Below, piece after piece: positions 28,687-38,906 of a stretch of 64,000 bases of DNA. Positions within the stretch are counted from its first letter, which is position 1. Every line of letters begins with the position of its first letter. Origin of the DNA: Candidatus Aminicenantes bacterium (lineage in GTDB: Bacteria; Acidobacteriota; Aminicenantia; UBA2199); assembly GCA_963827565.1 (NCBI GenBank), contig CAWHBG010000003.1:867543-931542 (forward strand), in the 5' to 3' direction. The translations under genes and the position numbers were made by a program. Under the pieces are notes generated by a model that was not told where the DNA came from, made no database searches, and was given only the letters and a program-made list of their open reading frames with translations.

Positions 28687-29922
28687 GTGTTAAAGAAATT
28701 AAGGTCCTTGATTTTAGATGGAAATGATCTTGCAGAACACTATGAGAAAAAAGGGGATTTAAATAAGGCATATAAAGAATATACAAAACAGAACAATTAT
28801 AAAAAGGCGGCAAATGTTCTTGAAAAAATGAATGATTGGCATAGTGCAGCCAACATTTATATTGAAAAAAATGAGGTTGACCTGGCAAGAAGAGCAATTG
28901 AAAGTTGTTTTAATAAAGGCAAGGTTTGGGAATCTTTCAACTTATCGAATGGAAAAAAAGTTACAATTGAAGAGTGGCTGAAAGATAACAATCAGACCCA
29001 GAGGTTCGTCAGGTATGTTCACAACACCAAGAGGCTTAATCAAAATGGCACACCATTGATAATTGTTCTTGCAGATAAATTAAAAAATATTGAAGAGTAT
29101 AAGAATGCGGCCCAACTATATAATAATGCTTACTTTTTGGTAAATAAAAATGTGTTAAATAAAAGACTTATCAGGCATGAAGAATGGCTTCTTAGTGCTG
29201 CTGAATGTTATTCAAAAATAGGTAAATTTGATGAAGCAGCTGAATGTATGAAAGAGCTTATTGTGACTGAAGTTGAGATTGGGACAGAGTTTTCCGGGGG
29301 ATATAAAGTAAATCCATATCGAAATTATAAGGTTATGCTCGAAAAAGCCAGGGAATATAAATCTCTCCCTGAGCTACTGGATCTATTGGAAGATTTTGAT
29401 CCGTTTAATATTTCTTATAATCTATTAAAAATGAATGAAGTTGAGTTATCAAAAGCACATTTTTTCAAATATTTCGGAAGAGTAGTAAAGAAAAATTTGA
29501 CAGAGCAGGAAAGAGAAGTGAGAAATGAAAAGATAAGTTATTGTCTAAATCAATATATTATTTACCATAGGGAAAGGAAGGAATATCTGTTGGCTGCTGA
29601 AATAGCTTTGTTAAATTCTCAGAAAAAAATTGCTTCTGATCTTTATCAACTGGCAAAAGCAGCAAAACAAGTTGCAAAGAGTGAAGCTGTCAATTTAAAA
29701 AATATTCAAATGAAGGCTGAAAATAAAACAGAAGAGGCCGGAGAAGCTAAATCTGAAGCGGAAGTTGATTTGAAATGCCATCATTGTGGTGAACTTGTAG
29801 AGGAAGAATGGGAATATTGTCCAAATTGTGAAAATTCACTTATGTTTAACATGTGTACCTGTGGAGAAAAAATCCAATCGCGCTGGAAAGTGTGCCCTGC
29901 CTGCGGCAAACATATAGAATAA
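28687..29922 (+). CDS. hypothetical helical-repeat protein with C-terminal double zinc ribbon
   Basis: 411 aa, GTG start after GAGAGG. N-terminal TPR-like helices (LAEHYEKKGDLNKAYKEYTKQNNYKKAANVLEKM..). C-terminus CHHCGELVEEEWEYCPNCENSL...CTCGEKIQSRWKVCPACGKHI, i.e. two CxxC/CxC...CxxC knuckle pairs. Confidence 0.5.
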   Translation: MLKKLRSLILDGNDLAEHYEKKGDLNKAYKEYTKQNNYKKAANVLEKMNDWHSAANIYIEKNEVDLARRAIESCFNKGKVWESFNLSNGKKVTIEEWLKDNNQTQRFVRYVHNTKRLNQNGTPLIIVLADKLKNIEEYKNAAQLYNNAYFLVNKNVLNKRLIRHEEWLLSAAECYSKIGKFDEAAECMKELIVTEVEIGTEFSGGYKVNPYRNYKVMLEKAREYKSLPELLDLLEDFDPFNISYNLLKMNEVELSKAHFFKYFGRVVKKNLTEQEREVRNEKISYCLNQYIIYHRERKEYLLAAEIALLNSQKKIASDLYQLAKAAKQVAKSEAVNLKNIQMKAENKTEEAGEAKSEAEVDLKCHHCGELVEEEWEYCPNCENSLMFNMCTCGEKIQSRWKVCPACGKHIE

Positions 29923-29967
29923 AACTAAAATTTTGCAACTTCTTATAAGTACAATCTTATTTGAAGA

Positions 29968-29987
29968 AAAGGTGCCTGTCCCCTTTT
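29968..29987 (-). repeat. REP-like element copy (singleton between convergent genes)
   Basis: aaaggtgcctgtcccctttt. Confidence 0.85.
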
Positions 29988-30018
29988 AATTTGTCTGGCA
30001 ATTCATTCCCTTTTGGGC

Positions 30019-31606
30019 TTATTTGTATTTGCGGATCCCTGAACCGAAATGGAATTTATCTGAGATCGTTATAGGGAGTTTTCCCCTCATTTTAGATTTT
30101 CCCGATAAAACAGAGAAAAGTGCTTCTATCTGGATATCTCTTGAACCATAGGTCAAAACTATTGTTTCTGCATTACTTAAATATTCGGCAATATAAGGGC
30201 TGTTTGCACAGACAATTATTGAATCATTTCTTAATTCCAATATATCCTTAGCGATGGATTTATTCGGGATAGTTGTTCCAGGAATGATCGAAAATAATAA
30301 TATGATCATATTCTAAAATTCTCTTTTCTCCGCATCAGTGATTTTTAAATTATTTTCAGGGAGGAGTATTTCACACTCAGAAAAGTACCTGTCCCCAATT
30401 GACCAAAGTGTATTTTCATCTTTACCATTATTTATGTTTGCTGAATGGGAACTTTTTCTCTGATCAATGATCAGTACACTTTTTCTCCTGTCAAGAGGGA
30501 TCAATCCTATTCCGTTTTTTAAGCACAGTAATTGATTCCCTTGCGATTTTTTTCTCCAGTTTAATATGTTTTCTGAGTGATGGTTTCCTGAATCTCTCCC
30601 ATATGTTTCTTTTTTTTATACTTTTCTTCAGTGTCGCTACTCTCCTCAGGGATTGATAAATCCTTGAAGCGCTTACCTCACCAAACTCAACTTTAGATCT
30701 CATCAAGCTAATCAACTCTTTTTGTAATGATAATGAGTGGCTGACAGAAAAAACATCGAGGGAACTGATATTAAATCCCTCAATTACTTTTTCTGATGAA
30801 AAATTATCTTTTACGGCACTCATCTCAATACAGTCTGAAAATAATACTCCGCGAAAATTCATTGATTCTCGGAGAAGTTCAACGGTAATCTCAGGTGAGA
30901 AGGTTGCAAGGTTGTCTGATATAAGGGGAAATCTGACATGTGCTGTCATTAATGAATTAACACCTTCTCTGATCAGTTTTGTGAATGGCGGAAGGTTGAT
31001 TTCTGAAAGGAAGTTATTGTCAATCTCTGATATCGGGATCTCAAGGTGAGAATCTGCATCTGCATGTCCATGTCCGGGAAAATGTTTTCCGCAACTGAGA
31101 ATTTTTCCTTTTTTCAATCCAAGAAAAAATTCAGTTCCGTATTCAGACACAATAGACGGATCATCAGAAAAAGACCTTATCCCGATAACCGGATTTTCCG
31201 GTTTTGAATTAACATCGAGAACCGGTGCAAAGACCCCGTCTATACCAAGAGATCTCATCTCTTTTCCAATGATCTTTCCCGCTATCCCTGCATTCTTTTT
31301 TTTTCCGGTTGCTGCTAATGCCATATGGGAAACAATTGTACTTCCAGCTTCTCCCAACCTTACTATCGGACCGCCTTCCTGGTCAATGAATATAAGAGGC
31401 GATGGTTTAGTCAGTTTGTGTATTTCCGAAGTTAATTGCCTGAGTTGACCAGGAGATTTATAATTTCTTGAAAAAAGTATTACAAACCCGACTTTCTCAT
31501 CATGTATCAGAGATCTTTCCTCTTCTGAAAGAGAAGTCCCTTTAACCCCTATCATGAATAATTGCCCGATCATTTCATTCGGCTTGGACATTTTCGGATT
31601 GCCCAT
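30019..31606 (-). pseudogene. nagZ: glycoside hydrolase family 3 (NagZ/beta-N-acetylhexosaminidase-like, two-domain form), frame-disrupted
   Basis: The N-terminal domain is intact (KHFPGHGHADADSHLEIP, IDQEGG). There is a frameshift in an A6 run at about 30515-30520: removing one A turns ..VLKKRNRIDPS* into ..VLKNGIGLIPLDRRKSVLIIDQ. An in-frame TAG sits at 30313-30315, followed in frame by N-MIILLFSIIPG... A REP remnant lies at 30381-30396. Confidence 0.8.
30381..30396 (-). repeat. partial REP-like sequence inside the GH3 reading frame
   Basis: aaaagtacctgtcccc matches 16 nt of the 20-nt element but lacks the TTTT end. Read on the minus strand as ..IGDRYFS.. Confidence 0.45.
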
Positions 31607-31624
31607 CAGAATATTGCTGTGAAT

Positions 31625-32758
31625 TTATTTAATTTCCTTTTTGAAAAGTCTCCTTTTCTTGACCAGTTCATGTTTGAAATATTTCCACTGGCCATGAATA
31701 CGGGTGTTGTCCTCAAGTTCCGGATTTGATTCAATAATTTTAAATCCCAATTCGTTTGCAACCCTTGCCAATTCCAGGAGCAACATCAGATCGACCCCTT
31801 TGCCTCTCTGGCTTTTTCTGATTCCTGCAAGATATAGGTCCATCCGGTCTCGCTGTTTCAGTGCTCTGAGAAGGTGGAACCAGCCAAAGGGCAGGATACG
31901 CCCTCTTGCCTTCTGCATGGCTCTGGACAGGCTGGGAAGCGCAAGAAAAAATCCGGCGACCTTATCATTTTCATCCACGGCAGTGATTACCAGGTCTTTT
32001 TCCACAAAGGACAGGTATTTCTTGATATAATAATCGACTTGAACCTTGCTCAAAGGAACTGTTCCATAGAGTTCTTCAAATGCTTCGTCTACGACCTCAA
32101 AGATCTCTTCCGCCCAATTCTTAATGAGATCTTTTCTGCTCTTGAACTTAATTATTCTTATATTGCTCCTCTCCTTCAACCTTTCAGCGATCTTCAGTAA
32201 TTTTTGAGGCATCTCTTCCATAGTGATAATATTCGCGTTAAATTCGATCCAGTCGATCTCCTTTTTCATCCCGTTTGTTTCCATCAGTTTAATATAGTAA
32301 GGATGATTATAATAAACGGCTATGGTGGGGAGCTTATCAAATCCTTCGTACAGCATCCCTTCGGGATCAAGATCTGAGAATCCGTGCGGGCCTGTAATTG
32401 TGTTGAGGCCCAGTTCTTTTGCCCATTCTTCAACAGATGAGATCAGAGCATCGGCAACTTCCTGATCATCAATTGAATCGAACCATCCGAATCTGACATT
32501 TTTTGTGCCGTATTTCTGATTTGCAATTATACTGTTGATCCCGGCTATCCTTCCGACCAGTTCACCATCCTTATATGCGAGGAATAGCTTTGAGTCTGCT
32601 GTTTCATATGCCGGATTTTTTTCTCTGTTGAATATTTCCATTTCATCCATAATAAGCTGAGGTACCCAGTACTTGTTCCCTTTAAAAATCTTGAACGGGA
32701 ACTTTACAAAAGTCTTCAGATCTTTTTTGGATTCGATAGTTTTAATTTGTATGCTCAT
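31625..32758 (-). CDS. GNAT-fold (acyl-CoA N-acyltransferase-like) protein, long form
   Basis: About 377 aa from the ATG at 32758 (AAGAGGAG RBS). Reads MSIQIKTIES..FPFKIFKGNKYWVPQLIMDEMEIFNREKNP..LFLAYKDGELVGRIAGI.., with a C-terminal GIRKSQRGKGVDLML acetyl-CoA-binding-like motif. Confidence 0.5.
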   Translation of the reverse strand: MSIQIKTIESKKDLKTFVKFPFKIFKGNKYWVPQLIMDEMEIFNREKNPAYETADSKLFLAYKDGELVGRIAGINSIIANQKYGTKNVRFGWFDSIDDQEVADALISSVEEWAKELGLNTITGPHGFSDLDPEGMLYEGFDKLPTIAVYYNHPYYIKLMETNGMKKEIDWIEFNANIITMEEMPQKLLKIAERLKERSNIRIIKFKSRKDLIKNWAEEIFEVVDEAFEELYGTVPLSKVQVDYYIKKYLSFVEKDLVITAVDENDKVAGFFLALPSLSRAMQKARGRILPFGWFHLLRALKQRDRMDLYLAGIRKSQRGKGVDLMLLLELARVANELGFKIIESNPELEDNTRIHGQWKYFKHELVKKRRLFKKEIK

Positions 32759-32846
32759 ATTTCTCCTCTTAAATTGATTATATAATAAAAAAAAACTAAA
32801 ATTCAATAAACTTTATTGAACATATATTGATAACCTGGAATAATAA

Positions 32847-33531
32847 ATGGAAATAACTTACCTTGCGGATGACATTCCTTTTCCTGACCCCGCATATGCT
32901 GATAAAAGTGGTCTGATTGCTGTAGGAGGATCATTAACAATTCCAAGATTGATTGAAGCATATTCAAAAGGAATATTTCCCTGGTATTCTGAGGGCGATC
33001 CTGTTTTATGGTGGTCACCCGATCCCAGAGTGCTTCTGTTCCCTGAAAATTTACACGTTTCAAGAAAGATGAAAATTTTGTTGAGAAAGGGAATTTTCAG
33101 AGTTACTGTTAATAGCGAATTTGATAGAGTTATTGAAATGTGCGGCATGCCCAGGAGAAACGGGGAAGGAACCTGGATCACCGAAGAGATGAAAACAGCA
33201 TATACACAACTTCATAAAATGGGGTTTGCCCATTCTGTTGAAGTGTGGAGCGGTGATACCTTGCCGGAGGATTATATGGGGTAAGTTTCGGGAAAATGTT
33301 CTTCGGGGAATCAATGTTCTCCTAGTTTCCAATTCATCAAAATTCGGATTTATCAAACTAACAGAGTTTTTAAGGAAAAGAAAATTCTTATTTATAGATT
33401 GCCAGGTAGATACAGATCATCTCAGGTCGCTTGGAGCAGTTTCTGTAAGCCGGAAGAAATTTTTAGAAATGCTTGGGAATGGGATAAATATTAACAGAAT
33501 GAATAAAACAAAATTTCCGCCATTTCTGTAA
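32847..33531 (+). pseudogene. aat: leucyl/phenylalanyl-tRNA--protein transferase, frame-disrupted by two shifts about 55 nt apart
   Basis: Frame 0: ..PVLWWSPDPRVLLFPE..GTWITEEMKTAYTQLHKMGFAHSVEVWSGDTL. Frame 2 (33263-33322): AGGLYGVSFGKMFFGESMFS. Frame 1: VSNSSKFGFIKLTEFLRKRKFLFIDCQVDTDHLRSLGA. All three are colinear with the Aat family consensus. Confidence 0.85.
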
Positions 33532-33613
33532 TACTGCAAAATATAACAATTTCCGGATTCTGCTCTAAGCCTGCATTATTGCTTTTTTTGTCTTATTCTG
33601 ATAGTATCGATTA

Positions 33614-34759
33614 ATGGGAAAAATCAAAATAATTTTCTCTGTGGCTGTTGTAATAATATCAGTTTTTTTTATTATTAATTCTTTAAAATTTGAACAAAAA
33701 CTTGAACTGGGAAAAGATGAACCCCCGGTATTTCAGGTTACCGGAATTTCAGAGAACAGCAAACTTTTTCAGGACCTATCACTTGATATACCTTTAACAG
33801 TGAGTGAAGTAAATTTTAAAAAAAATCTGAGAGTTAAAACAGACTCTCAGACTTCGTTTAAAATGCTTTTCAAAGGGACACTCCTGAATGTTCTCCCGAA
33901 TTCCTATATATATTATCATCTGAGAAGAGAAGCATTGAGTATTATTTCGGGTGAAATTTACTGGGAAAAGTCTGGTAAAGTGCCGGTTAAAATATATACT
34001 GAAGAGGATGAGAACCCACTTACGATTTCAATATCAGGAAGGCTGCGCAAGAATCCGAAAGGTGATCTTGAAGTGTGGAGTTTTAAAGGAGGAAGTATTT
34101 TGCAGTATGGATTGGATTTTTTAGACATTGCTGAAGAGAAGTGCCTTACTATAAACTCTTCGAAAACACAAAAATTCTATTCAATTCCTAAAGCGACTAC
34201 GTATATTTCTCCTGAAAAAAAGGTTGTAGAAATTAAGAAATTTACAGATTTCCTTGTTAAAATAGATTGGAAATATGTACCGGGGATATCTGAATACAAA
34301 TTGAAGCTATATCCATCTCAATTGAGGGAAAATCTTCTACTTGAGAAGCTTGTTTCTTCAAACAGGACGGGGATAGATCTTGCAGAATTTGAACATAACA
34401 GGGAGTTCTATTGGGAAGTGCTTCCTCTTAATGACGAGAATATTGAGGGTGAACCTTCCAGAATGGGGGAGATCAAAATCTATGGTGTCCTGATAAGTGA
34501 AGAACGTGACAGCAGGCCTCCGGAATTCGCAATAACTTCTTTGACTGTTAACGGAAATATGGTTCTTATCAGAGGAAATGCTGATTTAGATTCTGAATTG
34601 TATGTGGATGACAGCCCGGTAAAAATTGACAGTAACGGAATCTTTATTTATACAAAAAGATATAAAACACTTGGACTGAAACAGATCACATTCAGAATTG
34701 TCTCTCCTTCCGGAGTTGAATCAACCGAGACAAAACAGGTAACGATCTTTGAGGAATGA
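33614..34759 (+). CDS. hypothetical membrane-anchored protein upstream of mreB
   Basis: 381 aa with an N-terminal TM and a beta-rich body. No recognisable family. 18 nt before mreB. Confidence 0.4.
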   Translation: MGKIKIIFSVAVVIISVFFIINSLKFEQKLELGKDEPPVFQVTGISENSKLFQDLSLDIPLTVSEVNFKKNLRVKTDSQTSFKMLFKGTLLNVLPNSYIYYHLRREALSIISGEIYWEKSGKVPVKIYTEEDENPLTISISGRLRKNPKGDLEVWSFKGGSILQYGLDFLDIAEEKCLTINSSKTQKFYSIPKATTYISPEKKVVEIKKFTDFLVKIDWKYVPGISEYKLKLYPSQLRENLLLEKLVSSNRTGIDLAEFEHNREFYWEVLPLNDENIEGEPSRMGEIKIYGVLISEERDSRPPEFAITSLTVNGNMVLIRGNADLDSELYVDDSPVKIDSNGIFIYTKRYKTLGLKQITFRIVSPSGVESTETKQVTIFEE

Positions 34760-34777
34760 GTAGGCGGGGGAAGAAAT

Positions 34778-35809
34778 ATGACATGGTTATCAAGATTCAG
34801 GGATTATTTGGGAGCAGATCTCGCAATTGATCTCGGAACAGCAAATACACTAGTTTACAGAAAAGGGAAAGGGGTAGTGATCAGGGAACCGTCTATAGTA
34901 GCAATAATAAAAAATACCGGTAAGATCCAGGCGATTGGTCAAGAGGCAAAAGATATGCTGGGGAAAACTCCGGGAAATATTGTAGCGATAAGGCCACTGA
35001 AAGATGGAGTGATTGCAGATTTTGAGATCACAGAGAAGATGCTTGAATATTTTATTAAAAAGACCAGAGGGAACAAAAGTTTCTTTAAACCTCGAATTGT
35101 AATAGGGGTGCCTTCTGAGATCACTCAGGTTGAAAGACGAGCTGTTAAAGATGCAGCATTGAGGGCAAGAGCCAGTGAAGTTATCCTGATCGAACAGGCT
35201 ATGGCTGCCGCGATTGGTGCTGATCTGCCGATCACCGAAGCAGGCGGGAACATAATTGTTGATATAGGCGGAGGAACAACGGATGTTGCTGTGATATCAC
35301 TTTCAGGTATTGTGATTTCGAAATCTATCAGGACGGCCAGCAATGAAATGGATGAGGCCATCATAGGTTATATAAAAAAGAAATATAATCTTCTGATAGG
35401 TGAGAGGACAGCAGAAGTGATAAAGATTGAAATTGGTTCCGCTTATCCCCTGGATGAGAACCTGGAAATGGAGATCAAAGGCAGAGACCTCTCTCATGGT
35501 ATTCCCAAAGTTATTTCAGTTACTGACAATGAGATCAGGGAGGCGTTGGAACCGGTGGTCTATCAGATAATTGAAGCTATCAGGGTTACTCTGGAAAAAA
35601 CACCTCCAGAGCTTGCTGCAGATATAGTGGACAGAGGTATTATCCTGGCTGGAGGAGGTTCTTTGCTGAGAAATCTTGATAAACGTCTCAGGGAAGAGAC
35701 ATCCCTTGCTGTTTTTATGGCTGAAGATCCGCTCACCAGTGTTGTAAACGGTACCGGAAAAATCCTCGAAAATCTGGATCTTCTGAAAAAAGTCGGGCAT
35801 AATTATTAA
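34778..35809 (+). CDS. mreB: rod shape-determining protein MreB
   Basis: [62 protein letters not shown]: canonical actin-fold MreB motifs. Confidence 0.95.
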   Translation: MTWLSRFRDYLGADLAIDLGTANTLVYRKGKGVVIREPSIVAIIKNTGKIQAIGQEAKDMLGKTPGNIVAIRPLKDGVIADFEITEKMLEYFIKKTRGNKSFFKPRIVIGVPSEITQVERRAVKDAALRARASEVILIEQAMAAAIGADLPITEAGGNIIVDIGGGTTDVAVISLSGIVISKSIRTASNEMDEAIIGYIKKKYNLLIGERTAEVIKIEIGSAYPLDENLEMEIKGRDLSHGIPKVISVTDNEIREALEPVVYQIIEAIRVTLEKTPPELAADIVDRGIILAGGGSLLRNLDKRLREETSLAVFMAEDPLTSVVNGTGKILENLDLLKKVGHNY

Positions 35810-35829
35810 ATAAGAGAATTTAAAAAAAA

Positions 35830-36636
35830 GTGGAAAGAGACGAGAATCGCTCTCAAAAAAAGATCGCGATTTTTTTATTGGTCCTCTTCATAAATCTTAT
35901 ACTTATTTCGAACAATGTAGTTCTTAAAAACAACAGGTCTTTACTTTATAATACTCTCCATTTTATAGTTTACCCTTTCCAGGCAGCATTTCTTAAGGGA
36001 TCTGATTATATATCCTCGAAATTAAGGTCTTATGTTTTTCTGAAAAACACCTATAGAAAATATACTGCATTGAAAAAGAAACAATCTTCTCTATGGTATG
36101 AAAATTATCTTCTTAAAAGGGAATTGAATGATTTGAATTTTTCGCAATCAGCCAGAGAAAAGTTCAAGCAGCTCCTGATAGTTGACATTTTAGCGATTGA
36201 TTCCGGTTTTCCCTATAGTGGAGCCATAATAAATAAAGGATATTTTTCAGGAATAAAAAAGGATATGACTGTTGTCAATGAGAAGATGGAGCTGGTTGGT
36301 AAAATAGTAGAGCCAATATCAATGTTCTCCTCCAAGGTCAGGTTCATTACTAATCCTATAGGCGGAGTTGGTGCTTATATTGAAAAAAATAAACTTGAGG
36401 GCTTATTGAAGGGTAATAATTCCGGCACCTGCAGTTTTAACTACCTGATAGAAAATAAACCCGTTGAGTTAGGTGATATTGTTGTTACTTCAGGGACAGA
36501 TAAGACTTTCCCCCCATACCTTAAGATAGGAGAGGTAATAAGGACCAAAAAGAAAGTATTAATTCAGAATGTTTTTGTTAAGCCGTATTTTACCGGTAAA
36601 TCAATAAAAAAATTGATAGTGATTACTAATGAGTAA
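35830..36636 (+). CDS. mreC: rod shape-determining protein MreC
   Basis: 268 aa, GTG start. TM, coiled-coil (LKRELNDL), then a beta-domain with ..GIKKDMTVVN..LVGKIVE.. and ..GDIVVTSG...FPPYLKIGEV. Position between mreB and mreD. Confidence 0.8.
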   Translation: MERDENRSQKKIAIFLLVLFINLILISNNVVLKNNRSLLYNTLHFIVYPFQAAFLKGSDYISSKLRSYVFLKNTYRKYTALKKKQSSLWYENYLLKRELNDLNFSQSAREKFKQLLIVDILAIDSGFPYSGAIINKGYFSGIKKDMTVVNEKMELVGKIVEPISMFSSKVRFITNPIGGVGAYIEKNKLEGLLKGNNSGTCSFNYLIENKPVELGDIVVTSGTDKTFPPYLKIGEVIRTKKKVLIQNVFVKPYFTGKSIKKLIVITNE

Positions 36637-37108
36637 AAGACAGTTTCGCTTTGCACTTGGGCTCCTCCTTGTCATTTTGCAAATACTTGTAAGTCTTTAT
36701 CTGAATGAATTAAATATTAATATTGATTTTATTTTCCTGATCCTGATTTATTATGTTTCTTCACGGGGAAATTTTTTAAAATCAATGCTGCTTGCTACGC
36801 TGATCGGGTGGTCAACTGATATTCTTAATAGTCAGATTATGGGAGTGTTTGGATTTTCCAGGGTTGTAATAGTATATGTTATATTTGAAATTATAGTATT
36901 TATTGATTTTAAACGCCTTACTTTTACATTCCTCTTTATATTTCTTTCTCTCTCCATTTCTAATCTTATTGCTAACCTTTTCCTTCTCTTTATCAACGGA
37001 TACGGTCTCAGTGCCGGTATGCTAGTATATCAGCCCCTTCTGACAGGAATGTTTGCAGTTCTCCTTGTCAGTTCCAAAAAGATAAAAAAGGTTATCAATG
37101 TTTATTGA
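36629..37108 (+). CDS. mreD: rod shape-determining protein MreD
   Basis: 159-aa polytopic membrane protein overlapping the mreC end and the mrdA start. Called from position and topology. Confidence 0.6.
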   Translation: MSKRQFRFALGLLLVILQILVSLYLNELNINIDFIFLILIYYVSSRGNFLKSMLLATLIGWSTDILNSQIMGVFGFSRVVIVYVIFEIIVFIDFKRLTFTFLFIFLSLSISNLIANLFLLFINGYGLSAGMLVYQPLLTGMFAVLLVSSKKIKKVINVY

Positions 37109-38906
37109 GAAAAGGCAGATAGATCCAAATGAAGAGAGGAGGATCATATTAACCTTAAATATAGTTTTAACACTCATTTTCATTTTCCTTTTTTTTTCTT
37201 TTTGGAATCTTCAGGTTCTAAGAAAAGATCACTATTCATTATTATCCACCCGCAACATCCTGAAGGAAGTTGAGATCAAAGCTCCACGAGGGATAATTAC
37301 TGATCGGAGCGGAAAAATACTGGCAGAGAACCGGTTGAGCTTTAACCTTTTTATAATAAGAGAAAATGTCAATGATATGGAAAAGTCTATTGAATCTGCA
37401 GTGACTCTTTCAGGCCTTTCAAAAAGTATTGTCAAAGAAAGAATTGATAAATTCAGGGATTATCCGGGGTTTTATAAAATTCTATTGAAAAGGGACCTGG
37501 ATTATAAAAAAGTAATATTTATGGAAAGCAGATCAGATGATTATCCTGAATTTGTAATTGAACAGGAACCTGCCAGAAGATATCCTTACATGAAATCTGC
37601 ATCACATGCTTTAGGATATCTTGCTGAACTTACACAAGCTAAATTTGAGGAGTTTAAGAGGGAGGGTTATCAGCTGGGTGATATGTCGGGGGTTAGTGGA
37701 GTTGAATATACTTATGAGAGTAATTTGCGGGGGGTAAACGGGATTAAAACAGTAATAAGAGATAACCTCGGTCAGATTCAGAAAATTGTTGACACTGAGG
37801 ATCCTGAGATAGGTGAAACAATTGTTCTCACGATAGATATTGAACTTCAGAAATATATTGAAGAGTTGTATGAAGATTTTAATGGGGCAGCCGGGGTAGT
37901 TGATCTTACTACAGGCGGACTCCTTGCAATGATCAGTAAACCTAATTTTGATCCCGGTTTCTTCTCTTCTTCATTTACTAAGGAAGAGTGGATGGCCCTG
38001 ATTAATGATGAAATGAAACCTCTTCATAATAAGTTTATACAGGGGTTATATTCACCGGGATCAACATTCAAAATAGTTATGGCTGTAACAGGGCTCAATG
38101 AAGGTATAATCAATACAAGGACCCATACCACCTGTTATGGGAGCAGGAAAATTTATAACAGGGTATTTCACTGTTGGAACAGGCTAGGTCACGGGACGGT
38201 CAATCTTGTTGAGGCATTACAGCACTCATGTAATATTTTCTTCTATAATCTCGGGAAAGATACTGATATTGATATTATTGAAAAATATGGGAGAAAACTT
38301 GGACTGGGGGCCCCCACACTGATTGATATCCCAAATGAAAATACAGGGGTTCTTCCTGACAGAAAATGGAAAATGAAGAACCTGAAGGAAAAATGGTATC
38401 CGGGAGAGACAATATCGATAGCGATCGGAGGTGGAATGATAAATACAACTCCTGCGCAAGTGCTGACAATGATAAGCACCGTTGCACTAAGGGGTATTCA
38501 ACCTCAAATCCATCTTATGAAAGAGGTGAAACGGAATGATGTGAGTATAAAAGAATATAAACCGGTATTAATTCCTGTGGGAATTCCTGAAAATATATTT
38601 GAAACGGTTATAGAGGGACTTTATAAGGTTGTAAATGAAGAGGGAACAGGAAGGGGTGCTATGGTTCAAGGCCTGGATATTTGCGGGAAAACGGGGACCC
38701 AGTTGATACTTTCACTTGAAAATCCTAACTATAGGGAGCTTGTAAAAAAGAGGAAATTCACTCCGCATTCATGGTTCGTATCTTTTGCTCCCAGAAATAA
38801 TCCCAGATATGCATCGGTTATATTTGTAGAGAACGGGGGAGATGCAGGAAAAATTGCTGCTCCTATTGCAGGGAAAATATACAGGAGGTTGTTCTCAGTT
38901 GAGTGA
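37098..38906 (+). CDS. mrdA: penicillin-binding protein 2 (elongasome transpeptidase)
   Basis: 602 aa with an N-terminal TM and a PBP dimerisation domain. Active-site SPGSTFK, SCN, KTGT. Confidence 0.9.
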   Translation: MFIEKRQIDPNEERRIILTLNIVLTLIFIFLFFSFWNLQVLRKDHYSLLSTRNILKEVEIKAPRGIITDRSGKILAENRLSFNLFIIRENVNDMEKSIESAVTLSGLSKSIVKERIDKFRDYPGFYKILLKRDLDYKKVIFMESRSDDYPEFVIEQEPARRYPYMKSASHALGYLAELTQAKFEEFKREGYQLGDMSGVSGVEYTYESNLRGVNGIKTVIRDNLGQIQKIVDTEDPEIGETIVLTIDIELQKYIEELYEDFNGAAGVVDLTTGGLLAMISKPNFDPGFFSSSFTKEEWMALINDEMKPLHNKFIQGLYSPGSTFKIVMAVTGLNEGIINTRTHTTCYGSRKIYNRVFHCWNRLGHGTVNLVEALQHSCNIFFYNLGKDTDIDIIEKYGRKLGLGAPTLIDIPNENTGVLPDRKWKMKNLKEKWYPGETISIAIGGGMINTTPAQVLTMISTVALRGIQPQIHLMKEVKRNDVSIKEYKPVLIPVGIPENIFETVIEGLYKVVNEEGTGRGAMVQGLDICGKTGTQLILSLENPNYRELVKKRKFTPHSWFVSFAPRNNPRYASVIFVENGGDAGKIAAPIAGKIYRRLFSVE

